A DNA stretch of 64,000 nt, taken from positions 1 through 64,000 of the forward strand of contig JBCCQY010000016.1 in NCBI GenBank assembly GCA_039208735.1, in the 5' to 3' direction. Source of the stretch: Myxococcota bacterium (GTDB lineage Bacteria > Myxococcota_A > UBA796 > GCA-2862545). A model generated the notes under the pieces. The model ran no database searches. It saw only the letters and a program-made list of their open reading frames with translations, and had not been told where the DNA came from. Position numbers and translations under genes: made by a program. This document shows positions 1 to 9,085 of this stretch, piece by piece (the stretch's first letter is position 1; each line of letters begins with the position of its first letter).

Positions 1-548
1 ATGAGCTCCTCATTCCCACCCCCCCACCCACCCAAACGCCCTTGGCCGAGGCCGCTCCTCGCATTTGGGAAGCACTGTCACGCAATGAGGCGCGAAAGGA
101 CGTTCTACTCGCGCACGCGCGTCAGCGTCTGGGCGGTCTTCCGCCCGAACCCGCATACGGCGAAGACTCGACCCATCACCCGCAGTTCCTGTCGCGAGTT
201 CCCGCCTCGTGGCCCGGGCCCCTGGCCGCCGAGCGCGCGTTTGCGTTGGCCCGTGCGATGGCCGAGGGAGCCGACGCCTCGACCCTTGCGCCACGCGCGT
301 TTGAAGCCGCACTCGACGCCGAAGAAGCGGCGCTTGCACTCGACGTGCTGCGGGTGTGGGGCCGCTACGCTCCCGATGACTCCGCGGCCCCCTTGGTCGC
401 CAAAGGCCTCGTGTGGCTCGGGCACGAAGGGCACGACGTCAAGGCCGCCCTCGAGCAGGCCCCCGATTGGAACCGCTGGGCGATGGCCCTAGACAGCGGC
501 GCGGCCTCTCCGGACCACCTGCTGAAGCACCTCCGCGAACGCGTCTAG
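1..548 (+). CDS. Hypothetical helical protein, 5'-truncated by window edge
   Basis: The frame of ORF 42..548 is open back to position 3 (ELLIPTPPPTQTPLAEAAPR...). The composition is protein-like and the stop abuts the convergent MYG1 gene. Confidence 0.6.
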   Translation, partial: ELLIPTPPPTQTPLAEAAPRIWEALSRNEARKDVLLAHARQRLGGLPPEPAYGEDSTHHPQFLSRVPASWPGPLAAERAFALARAMAEGADASTLAPRAFEAALDAEEAALALDVLRVWGRYAPDDSAAPLVAKGLVWLGHEGHDVKAALEQAPDWNRWAMALDSGAASPDHLLKHLRERV

Positions 549-550
549 GA

Positions 551-1444
551 CTACGCGGTTCCCTCAGGCGCAATCGCAGAGCGGTCCAGGCCGAATTTCG
601 AGATGGCCTGCAACGCGGCATCCTTGGTTCGAAAAACTGCGATAAACCTATTCTTATGGCAGAAGACGGAGCCCGGAATCCCCGTGACGGCTTCGAGTTC
701 GTCATCGGTGAGTCCGGCCCACGCCAACGGCAACGACCGCTTTTGGCTGAAATCGCCAAACTTTGGGGGAATCGCCACGATGCGCCAGCTGCCGTCCGTC
801 CCAGGATGCAGGACGTACTCGGTGGGGTGCGTCTCGCCCCCGTTGGCAAAATAAACCTCTTTCCAAGGGAGGTACTCCGCCAGTTCGATGATGCGCGTGC
901 CCCGTTGTTCGGCATCGGCCATCGCGGCCCCGACCACGCGCCGGGCCTCGACCACACGATCGTACTCGGCGCGCCAGCCCTGCAACCAAGCCTCGGTGAA
1001 GGCGACTGCGGTATCGAACGCCCGATCAAACGCCTCATGGGTACGGGCGGGCTGGTTGAGCGCTTCGACGATGCGAGGAAAACACGGGATCGTCGGATCG
1101 GGCGCCGTCCGCCCATTGTCGACTTCGTCGACGTAATTGACCGCGCCGCGTCGGATCTTCTCGCCCAACTCGGCATCGATCCGTTGCTCGCGGATCAGCC
1201 AGTCTAGCACCATGCCCGCCGATGAAAGCGGGCCTTGGTAGCTCGATTGGTGGTGATCGAACCGCCCTTCGGACGGGTCGAAAATCGCCCCGACATCGAC
1301 GACGACATCGGCCTCGTCCAATCGCAACGGGTTGCGAGTGCGGACGACACGCGCGTCGGCGTCGACGAAGGTACGCAACAATGCGACCGCCATCACATCA
1401 TCCGCGTGGAACGGGCCGTCGTGTGTGGCCACGATCATCGGCAT
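551..1444 (-). CDS. MYG1 family protein (DHH-like 3'-5' exonuclease)
   Basis: Motifs THDGPFHADD, VVDVGA..D, RFDHHQ, LSSAGMV, AWAGL and VFCHKNRFI. GGAGG RBS lies upstream of the ATG at 1444. Confidence 0.9.
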   Translation of the reverse strand: MPMIVATHDGPFHADDVMAVALLRTFVDADARVVRTRNPLRLDEADVVVDVGAIFDPSEGRFDHHQSSYQGPLSSAGMVLDWLIREQRIDAELGEKIRRGAVNYVDEVDNGRTAPDPTIPCFPRIVEALNQPARTHEAFDRAFDTAVAFTEAWLQGWRAEYDRVVEARRVVGAAMADAEQRGTRIIELAEYLPWKEVYFANGGETHPTEYVLHPGTDGSWRIVAIPPKFGDFSQKRSLPLAWAGLTDDELEAVTGIPGSVFCHKNRFIAVFRTKDAALQAISKFGLDRSAIAPEGTA

Positions 1445-1516
1445 GAGCCCCCTCCGGGAAGTGAGATCGGTAACGGCTCGATCGCCCGCCGTCTCTTCCA
1501 GCAATATGCAAGCGCC

Positions 1517-2353
1517 GTGGATTGGCTGCCTCTCATTGGTTCCGCGGTGCTTTCAGGTCTCGTCGCCGTCTTGGTGACCTTGGCCATTGAACGCTTTGGG
1601 GGAGTCGTCGGAGGCTTGCTGGGCACACTTCCGACGACCATCGTCCCCGCCGCCTTGGGCATCGGATGGGCGAACAATGGCCAAGGACCTGTGTTTGTCG
1701 CTGCGATGGCCGCGGTCCCCGTGGGGATGCTCATCGATGCGGGTTTTCTGTGGATGTGGCGCGCCCTGCCTCCCCGCCTGCCTGCCTGGTCCCTCCGCGC
1801 GCGCCTCGCGATGATGATCGCCGTGTCGTTGGCCGGGTGGACCGCCCTCGCCATTCCTACGATGGGCGCCCTGCATCGCCTCGCCGATCCCTTGACGGGG
1901 CTTTGGATCGGCGCCCTGGCCCTCGGAATCAATGCGTTGGCCGGTGCACTGGCGAGCCGCCAACGACGCCCTGCGCCCAAAGGCTCGCGTCCGGTCGGAC
2001 CGATCGTTCTTGTGGCGCGCGGGCTTCTCGCCGGGTTGGCGGTGGGCTTGGCCACGGGAGTCGCCCAAACCGGCGACGGCGTTCTGGCGGGCGTGCTGTC
2101 CGTGTTTCCTGCGATCTTCCTCACCACCATGGTCGGCCTGTGGCTCGCCCAGGGCGAAGCGGTGCCTGCGGGTGCGGTCGGCCCCATGATGCTGGGGTCG
2201 ACGTCGGTCGGAGGCTTCGCCTTGACGGTGACGTTCACCGCTCCCGTGCTCGGCATTGGGGCCGGAGCCACGGTGGCCTGGGTCGTGGCGGTGCTCGCGT
2301 GCACGTTGCCCGCCTACGCATGGCTTCGCGCCACCCAGCTGACCCCGCGCTAG
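1517..2353 (+). CDS. Multi-pass membrane protein (DUF3147-like)
   Basis: About 9-10 hydrophobic segments with two related halves (GGVVGGLLGTLPTT / GVLAGVLSVFPAIF). GTG start chosen at 1517. Confidence 0.7.
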   Translation: MDWLPLIGSAVLSGLVAVLVTLAIERFGGVVGGLLGTLPTTIVPAALGIGWANNGQGPVFVAAMAAVPVGMLIDAGFLWMWRALPPRLPAWSLRARLAMMIAVSLAGWTALAIPTMGALHRLADPLTGLWIGALALGINALAGALASRQRRPAPKGSRPVGPIVLVARGLLAGLAVGLATGVAQTGDGVLAGVLSVFPAIFLTTMVGLWLAQGEAVPAGAVGPMMLGSTSVGGFALTVTFTAPVLGIGAGATVAWVVAVLACTLPAYAWLRATQLTPR

Positions 2354-2414
2354 CTCTTTTTCGGCTCTCCAACCTTGATGATCCGCTTTGCGATCATAAA
2401 TTTTCCATCGTTAA

Positions 2415-2429
2415 TTTAACAGTGTTAGA
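2415..2429. promoter_or_regulatory. Putative TetR operator / AT-rich promoter region
   Basis: Palindrome TAAC-agt-GTTA (2417-2427) lies in an AT-rich intergenic patch about 11 nt upstream of the tetR ATG. Confidence 0.55.
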
Positions 2430-2438
2430 CCAACCCTC

Positions 2439-3065
2439 ATGGCCCGACCCGCCCTCACCGAAGACCAGGTCTCCGCCTTTCGCACCCGTGCCACGGGCGT
2501 GGCGTTGGAGCTGTTCGCCAGCGACGGCTACGACCGGTTCTCGCTTCGGGCGCTGGCGGAAGCGCTCGATTGCTCACACGCCACGCCCTACCGCTACTTT
2601 CCAGGTGGAAAGTCCGAGATCTTTGCCGAAGCGCGGGCCGAGGGATTCCGCCGCTTTGCCCGAGCGTTGCGCATCAGCCAGGTCGGGGCGGCCGACGCAG
2701 GCCAAGCGCTCCTGCGCATGGCCCACGCCTACTTCACGTTTTCGGTCGAAGAATCCGCCGCATTCGCGATTATCTTTGCCATGGGCCAGCCCGAGGGCGG
2801 CGACCTGGAGATCGTGAATCGCGCCGCGGCCGATGCCTGGTCGGTGCTGCTGGGCTGCGTGGGCCGTTCCATCGAGGCCGGCGTGCTCGTGGGCGACGTC
2901 GAAGTGGTGGCCCATACCGCGTGGGCGGGCCTGCACGGCGTGGCGAGCCTGCACGCGGCCCGCAAGCTCGCGATGGGCCGTTCGGCGCAAGAGGTTTTGA
3001 ATGCCATGGTCGAAGCGCTATTCCGCGCCCATCGACCACCAGATCCGGAGAGATCCAATGGATGA
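2439..3065 (+). CDS. TetR/AcrR family regulator (WHG-type C-terminal domain)
   Basis: N-terminal HTH FSLRALAEALDCSHATPYRYF and C-terminal WAGLHG. Confidence 0.92.
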   Translation: MARPALTEDQVSAFRTRATGVALELFASDGYDRFSLRALAEALDCSHATPYRYFPGGKSEIFAEARAEGFRRFARALRISQVGAADAGQALLRMAHAYFTFSVEESAAFAIIFAMGQPEGGDLEIVNRAAADAWSVLLGCVGRSIEAGVLVGDVEVVAHTAWAGLHGVASLHAARKLAMGRSAQEVLNAMVEALFRAHRPPDPERSNG

Positions 3066-4587
3066 GCAGTACGCTGTTGTGGTGGTCGGGTCGGGAATCG
3101 GAGGGCTGGTCGCGGCGTTGACGTGCGCCAATGCAGGCCAATCCGTCCTCGTGCTCGAGGCCGGCAAGCAGTTCGGGGGCTACACGAATCCCTTCGCTCG
3201 TAAGAAATTCCATTTCGACCCCGGAATTCACTACATCGGGCAGTGCCATCCAGGCGGGTCCTTTCGACGGCTCCTCGACAAGCTAGGGCTCGAACACGTG
3301 GCGTTCTCGGAACTCGACCCCGACGGCTTCGATCACTACGTGTTTCCCGACTACAACGTGAAGGCCTGCACCGGGCTCGATCGGTATCGCGACCGGCTCG
3401 CCGCTGACTTCCCGAAGGAACGACGCGGCCTCGACAAGTTCTTCCGCCTGCTGCACGACACCGAGTTCGTGTTGGCACACCTTTCGCGAATTCAGTCGGT
3501 TGGCACGGGCTTCAGCGTCGCTCGTCGCCTCCCGGGGCTCCTGCGCTGGGGCCGGTCGTCGATCGGCGAGGTGTTGAATCACTACTTCACCGATCCTCGC
3601 CTGAAGGCGGCCCTCGCGGGCCCTGTGGGGGACTTGGGATTGCCTCCCTCGCGCATGTCGGCGTTCATGCACCTCGGCTTGCTGACCCATTACGCCCATG
3701 GCGCCTTCTTCCCGTCAGGAGGCAGCGGTCGTCTGCGTGACGCATTCGTCCAGGCGCTCGATGCCAAGGGAGCCACGCTAATGCGCAACCAGCGGGTCGA
3801 AGAGGTGTTGCACGACGGCTCGACGGTCAATGGAGTGCGCACCGCTAAGGGGCAGACATTTCGCGCCAAGCAGGTCATTTCCAATGCTTCGGCCAACGCC
3901 ACCTACGACATGGTGGGCCAGGAACACCTTCCGCGACGCCTGGGCCGCAAGCTCAAGTCCGTCGAGCATTCCTACGGTTCGATCTGCATCTTCTTGGGGG
4001 TCGACGGCGACCTTGAAACGCAGCACATCGGCAGCACCAACATCTGGAATTACGCCAGCACCGACATCGATGCGCTGTTCAGCGATGAAGCCATGGCCGA
4101 CTATCGAAAGTCCGGCAGCTACTTCCTCACCGTGCCCACCAACAAAGACCCCAACGGGGGGTTGGCGCCCGAAGGCATGCAGACCGTCGAAATGGTCGCG
4201 CTGTGTGCCCATGAGCCGTTCAAACAGTGGTACGGCGACAAGTCCATGAAGCGTGGCGAAGCGTACGAAGCGCTGAAGGAAGACATCGCGAACCACTTCC
4301 TCGAAAAGGCCGAAACGCATCTGCCCGGCCTCCGGGATCACGTGGTCCTCAAGGAGGTGTCCACCCCCGCGACGAACGTGAGCTACACCTTGTCGCCCGA
4401 CGGCAGCATCTATGGACCCGCCCACACGGTGGCCCAGTCCATGCCCTGGCGTTTTGGGACGCGTGCCCCGCTCAAGGGCCTCTACCTGTGTGGGGCCTCG
4501 GTGATTGGGGCGGGCATCGTGCCGTGCGCCTCGTCCGGTCGCATGGCGGGCAAGTTCGCCCTTAGTGACGCGGGGATCGGCCGCTAG
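3058..4587 (+). CDS. Phytoene desaturase / retinol saturase-like FAD-dependent oxidoreductase
   Basis: Rossmann VVVGSGIGGL..A, FDPGIHYIG, STPAT...GSIYG and GLYLCGAS. The start overlaps the tetR stop. Confidence 0.88.
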   Translation: MDEQYAVVVVGSGIGGLVAALTCANAGQSVLVLEAGKQFGGYTNPFARKKFHFDPGIHYIGQCHPGGSFRRLLDKLGLEHVAFSELDPDGFDHYVFPDYNVKACTGLDRYRDRLAADFPKERRGLDKFFRLLHDTEFVLAHLSRIQSVGTGFSVARRLPGLLRWGRSSIGEVLNHYFTDPRLKAALAGPVGDLGLPPSRMSAFMHLGLLTHYAHGAFFPSGGSGRLRDAFVQALDAKGATLMRNQRVEEVLHDGSTVNGVRTAKGQTFRAKQVISNASANATYDMVGQEHLPRRLGRKLKSVEHSYGSICIFLGVDGDLETQHIGSTNIWNYASTDIDALFSDEAMADYRKSGSYFLTVPTNKDPNGGLAPEGMQTVEMVALCAHEPFKQWYGDKSMKRGEAYEALKEDIANHFLEKAETHLPGLRDHVVLKEVSTPATNVSYTLSPDGSIYGPAHTVAQSMPWRFGTRAPLKGLYLCGASVIGAGIVPCASSGRMAGKFALSDAGIGR

Positions 4588-6863
4588 AACGCTTGGGTAA
4601 AGCGCACGATCACCTGAGGGACTGCGCTGCGCTCGATCTCCTCGAGTCGCGGGTCCCAGACCAGGGGCCAAGCCAGCGTCACCCCTGCACCCAACGGCTC
4701 TGCACCCAGCACATCGGCCAGCCCAAAGATGCCTGCGGTCACGCCGGTTGCCCAGACGCCCTCGCCGTCGACGCGCGCCACCAGGCCTTCGAGCCCGGTC
4801 GTGATCTGCAGCTCCGAGCCCCACGCCAACCACAAGGGCAGCGACACATTGCGGAGCAGCGCCACGCGGTGTTCGAGGTGGGTCACCGCCCGTTCCGTGG
4901 CCAGAACCGTGCATGGCTCCCTGTCTTCGGGGCTAGGGTCGCTGGGGCAGGCCGGAAGGGTGGGAATGGACTGCATCAGCCGCGGCCCCCCCAGGCGGAG
5001 CAACCGCTGGGGCACATTGGATCGCGCCAGGCCCGCAATGACCTCGGCCGCGAAGGCCTGGCGGGGATGGGCCGAGGTGATGGCCATCGCACTTGCGGAG
5101 GTGCTGACCCAGCTTTCGGAGCGACCCAACACCCTGCCTACGCTGACCCAGGTCGACACTCGGTGTCCACGAAGCGGAAAGTCACCGCTTACGCGGGTGT
5201 CATGGGCCCAGGTGAGGGTGCTGTCGATCGCGACCTGAACCCCGTCAGTCTCGGCAAAGTTGGGGTTGAGCCATCCCGCGCCAACGCGCAGGGAGATGCG
5301 GTGGGGACGGCGAAACCCATCGAGCAACGGCCCTTCTTTGCGAAGGTATGACACGTCGAGCGACACCAGGTCGGTGCGCGAGTTCGAGAGGATCGCCGAG
5401 ACGAGGTTGTGGGTGTCGTAGCGCCGCCGAATCGTTGAGGCGGCCCAGGCGAACACCTGCCCCTGCGAGAGGTTGATGCTGGAGATCCAGGCCTGAGCCG
5501 TGATGTCGTAGCGGGCCGGCCACCGGTCGCCGCGTCGCGACCATTGTGCCGTGTGGCGTTTGGGGTCAAGAACCACCGATTGCGGAGGCGTAGGCCACGG
5601 GATCCGCGTCGCACCAGGGTCGAAGTCGCGTACGACATCTTCGCCGTCGATGCGCACGCCAAGCGTCTCTGGGGGCGCTTTCTCTTCGCTCTCCCGCGTC
5701 ACGGTGACGCCGTGCACATCGACGTCGATGGTGTAGTCCTGCTGCGGATAGGGGCGGCGAAAGCTCGCGACCGTGCCCTCGGGCAAGCCGCACCGGCGCT
5801 CGCCGTCCGGCCACGCAAAGGCCACACACGCCCCCGTGCCCGCGCCGAATCGGTCATCGAGTTGAGCGGCGACCACAGCTCCCGGAATCGTGGGGTTCCA
5901 CATCTCGACGAGGTCGTCACGAAGTGGGTCCCCGGGATGTGGTCGGTTCAGGATATCGCTGAAAAAAGCCGTATTCTGCGTGGACAACAGCGCATTGACC
6001 TGCGGGACCCAGCGGAATGTGCCCAGCAGGTTCTCTGAGTCGAGGCTCGGGTCGGCCTGTTGGTAGGCCGTCACGCGTCCCGCCGCGATCAAGTCGCGAA
6101 CGAACGGGTCTGACCCGCCCGACAGTGCGGCCATGAGTCCGCGCGCAACGGCCGGCTGATGGGCAAAGCCGAGCCCCGTGGTCACGCGAAACGCTCGATC
6201 CGACAAAAACAACAACCCGGGCCCCGGACGGGTGAGTCGACGCCGCAGCGGCGCCTCCACGATCACGCCCCGAAGGGGTCCCGGCACGTGCGGCAGCATC
6301 TTCACGAGGCGCTTGTGCATCCCGCGCCGGGGTCGCCGACGGGTGACGAGCATCACATCGTCGGAAAGCGAGGTCCGGCGAGCCGAGGGCAGCACCGCCA
6401 ACGGCACACGTTCGGCGGTCAACGAGGTGGTGACGTGGCCTTGCCCCCAGTCGGCCCCCACCACCGCAAAGGCATCGTCGGGCAGGGCAAGGCGCACCTC
6501 GAACGTCGCTTCAACCAATGTTCCATCCACGAGCGGCTGGGGGTACCACCCGCCATTCGCGAACAGCCCATGATGGGTCGCCCCGAGCGCCCCGAACCGG
6601 CGGGGAAGGTCAGCCCGAAACCGCACCGTGCCCGGCTCGGTGACGACCCAGGTGACCTCACCGCGGGAGGGGGTCCCAGGAAACGTTCTCAGTGCGTGAA
6701 GATCATTCGGCGGATCCGGAAGCCGCGACAAGGGGTCGACCAGCGCCACGTCTCCATCGACGACCAGCGTGCCCTCGATCGCTCGCAGGCCGGGAAGCAC
6801 GGTGGCATCGATGCGCACGATGGGGCGCTCCGCCAACGCCGCCGCCACCAAGAACCAGAACAT
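4584..6863 (-). CDS. Exported protein: degenerate M1-aminopeptidase-like N-terminus plus putative outer-membrane beta-barrel
   Basis: Short signal peptide MFWFLVAAALA, then LPRRFGALG...GGWYPQP...FEVRLALP, which resembles the M1 N-domain. There is no HExxH. The C-terminal third has amphipathic strands and ends in F (FTQAF). Confidence 0.5.
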   Translation of the reverse strand: MFWFLVAAALAERPIVRIDATVLPGLRAIEGTLVVDGDVALVDPLSRLPDPPNDLHALRTFPGTPSRGEVTWVVTEPGTVRFRADLPRRFGALGATHHGLFANGGWYPQPLVDGTLVEATFEVRLALPDDAFAVVGADWGQGHVTTSLTAERVPLAVLPSARRTSLSDDVMLVTRRRPRRGMHKRLVKMLPHVPGPLRGVIVEAPLRRRLTRPGPGLLFLSDRAFRVTTGLGFAHQPAVARGLMAALSGGSDPFVRDLIAAGRVTAYQQADPSLDSENLLGTFRWVPQVNALLSTQNTAFFSDILNRPHPGDPLRDDLVEMWNPTIPGAVVAAQLDDRFGAGTGACVAFAWPDGERRCGLPEGTVASFRRPYPQQDYTIDVDVHGVTVTRESEEKAPPETLGVRIDGEDVVRDFDPGATRIPWPTPPQSVVLDPKRHTAQWSRRGDRWPARYDITAQAWISSINLSQGQVFAWAASTIRRRYDTHNLVSAILSNSRTDLVSLDVSYLRKEGPLLDGFRRPHRISLRVGAGWLNPNFAETDGVQVAIDSTLTWAHDTRVSGDFPLRGHRVSTWVSVGRVLGRSESWVSTSASAMAITSAHPRQAFAAEVIAGLARSNVPQRLLRLGGPRLMQSIPTLPACPSDPSPEDREPCTVLATERAVTHLEHRVALLRNVSLPLWLAWGSELQITTGLEGLVARVDGEGVWATGVTAGIFGLADVLGAEPLGAGVTLAWPLVWDPRLEEIERSAVPQVIVRFTQAF

Positions 6864-6917
6864 GGGGTGAGCCGTATCGCTCGCGGGGTCGATACGTGCG
6901 TTTCCTCGGAGGAAGAG

Positions 6918-8051
6918 ATGGGCGACGATGACCTCACCGCGATGCTGCAACCCGCGGCAAGCCGTGTTCGGGACCCCCTTACGGGTCGATCGGTGTGGCT
7001 CGCCAACATGATCCGCAACCCGCGGCCAAAGGGCGACGACCTCATCTACGACTTGCATTTTGAGGCGGAGCACAGCGTCGACGATCGACAGCGGATCGCC
7101 CAGGCGGTGGAGGGCAACCTGCGCGAACTTGGGTTTTCCGGCAAGGTCTACGCCATGCCCGCAGGCGCACCGCCTCGCATGCCGGGCGGACGAGCGCCCT
7201 CTGGCCCCGCTGGCGCGCCTCCCAAGGGTGATCCCGTCAAAGGCATGTCGGGCCCCGGCATGGGCCCTCATGGGGGCCCCATCCAAAAGGCCCCCATCGA
7301 AGGGGTCAAGCACATCATTGCTGTGGCGTCGGGCAAGGGCGGGGTGGGCAAGTCCACCGTGTCGACAAACCTCGCCGTGTCGCTCGTGCAGCAGGGCTTT
7401 GCCGTGGGGCTGCTCGACGCGGACATCTATGGTCCCTCCGTGCCGACGATGATGGGGTCGAGCCAGCGGCCCATGGTCGACCCAGCCACCAAGCAGATCC
7501 TCCCCGTCGAGAGCCATGGCGTGAAGTGCCTATCCATGGGCCACCTTGTCGATCCCGAGGAAGCCATGATCTGGCGGGGTCCGATGGTGATGAGCGCGGT
7601 CCGGCAGTTTCTCCAACAGGCTTCGTGGAAGGGCCTCGACTACTTGATCATCGATCTGCCGCCAGGCACCGGGGACGCGCAACTGACCCTCATCCAGGCC
7701 GTCGATCTTTCGGGGGCGGTCATCGTGACCACGCCGCAGCCCGTGGCCCTCGCGGACGCCGTCCGCGGCATCACGATGTTCCGCAAACTCGAGGTTCCCT
7801 TGCTCGGGGTCGTCGAGAACATGGCATACTACGAGCTTCCCGACGGCACCAAAGATTACGTATTCGGCCGAGATGGAGGGAAGGACGTGGCTCAGCGCTT
7901 CGAGACCGAACTCCTAGGACAGATTCCGCTCCAGACCTCGCTACGGCAGGGCGGCGACGCGGGGGTGCCGGTGGCTCTCAACGAAGGGCCCGTGGCGGAC
8001 GCCTTCGCAGACATCGCGAAGGCGGTTCACGCCAAGGTGGCGGGCGCGTGA
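6918..8051 (+). CDS. mrp: Mrp/ApbC (NBP35) family P-loop ATPase
   Basis: Motifs VASGKGGVGKST, LLDADIYGPS, IWRGPM, DLPPGTGD, VTTPQ and VENM. Confidence 0.93.
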   Translation: MGDDDLTAMLQPAASRVRDPLTGRSVWLANMIRNPRPKGDDLIYDLHFEAEHSVDDRQRIAQAVEGNLRELGFSGKVYAMPAGAPPRMPGGRAPSGPAGAPPKGDPVKGMSGPGMGPHGGPIQKAPIEGVKHIIAVASGKGGVGKSTVSTNLAVSLVQQGFAVGLLDADIYGPSVPTMMGSSQRPMVDPATKQILPVESHGVKCLSMGHLVDPEEAMIWRGPMVMSAVRQFLQQASWKGLDYLIIDLPPGTGDAQLTLIQAVDLSGAVIVTTPQPVALADAVRGITMFRKLEVPLLGVVENMAYYELPDGTKDYVFGRDGGKDVAQRFETELLGQIPLQTSLRQGGDAGVPVALNEGPVADAFADIAKAVHAKVAGA

Positions 8052-9085
8052 GTCTGCCCCCTCGCCTTCATCCGCCTGGTGCGCCGACCCCCAACGACGG
8101 GCCCCTCACCGATCCTTTTGGGCGGGTGCACACCTATTTGCGGGTCAGCGTGACAGACCGCTGCAACTTCCGGTGCACCTACTGCATGCCCGCCGAAGGG
8201 CTCGACTGGATGCCGCGCGAGACCGTCCTCACGTTTGAGGAGTTGACGCGCGTCGTCGGCATCTTCGTGAAACTCGGGGTGCGAAAGATCCGCCTGACCG
8301 GCGGAGAACCCACGATCCGCAAGGGCATCGTCGAACTCGTGCGCCAGCTCTCGTCCCTCGAAGGGCTGGAAGATCGCGCCATGACCACGAATGCGCTGCG
8401 GCTTAGTGGGTTGGCCCAACCCCTCGCCGACGCCGGCCTGTCCCGCGTCAACATCTCGATCGACTCGCTGAAGGCAGACCGCTTTCGAGAAATGACCCGA
8501 GGAGGGGATCTGGTTCGGGTGCTCGCGGGCATCGACGCGGCGATCGAAGCAGGACTTACGCCGGTCAAACTCAACGCCGTGGTCATGCGGAACGTCAACG
8601 ACGATGAGGTGGTGGACCTCGTGCGGCATTTCGCGGACCGCCCCGAAGTGCAGGTCCGGTTCATCGAGTTCATGCCATTTTCTGCGGTCGAACGAAAGAA
8701 GCGGCATGTGCCAGCCGCGGAGATGCGGGCGCGCCTCGGCGAGCACTGGGAACTGCGTCCCCTCCCCGGTGAGGCCCACGCCGGGCCCTCGGTCAACTGG
8801 GAACTCGGCGAAGGCGGCCCCCGGGTCGGGTTCATCTCGCCCATCACCGAGCATTTCTGCCAAGCGTGCAACCGCCTTCGCTTGCAAGCCGACGGGCATC
8901 TGCGGACCTGCTTGTCCCGCGAAGCGGCGCCCAGCCTTCGGGACTTGATGCGGGCTGGCATCAGCGACGAGGCCCTTGAAGTGGCGATTCGAGGACGCAT
9001 TTGGGGCAAGGTGGCTGGACACGAAGCAGACCAAATCGAGTCGTTCCGCCCCTTCGATGGCGCCATGACATCGGTGGGCGGCTAG
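8048..9085 (+). CDS. moaA: GTP 3',8-cyclase (radical SAM)
   Basis: YLRVSVTDRCNFRCTYC, C-terminal FCQACNRLR...CL and terminal GG. GTGA overlap with mrp. Confidence 0.95.
   Translation: MSLPPRLHPPGAPTPNDGPLTDPFGRVHTYLRVSVTDRCNFRCTYCMPAEGLDWMPRETVLTFEELTRVVGIFVKLGVRKIRLTGGEPTIRKGIVELVRQLSSLEGLEDRAMTTNALRLSGLAQPLADAGLSRVNISIDSLKADRFREMTRGGDLVRVLAGIDAAIEAGLTPVKLNAVVMRNVNDDEVVDLVRHFADRPEVQVRFIEFMPFSAVERKKRHVPAAEMRARLGEHWELRPLPGEAHAGPSVNWELGEGGPRVGFISPITEHFCQACNRLRLQADGHLRTCLSREAAPSLRDLMRAGISDEALEVAIRGRIWGKVAGHEADQIESFRPFDGAMTSVGG

Noticed and set aside
6864..7517. N-terminal extension of ORF 4584..7517 (and of 6159..8051, 7526..9085) suggesting large overlapping or fused genes
   Set aside because: The extensions are shadow frames of neighbouring real genes in GC-rich DNA. 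True starts with signal peptide, RBS or overlap support lie at 6863, 6918 and 8048.
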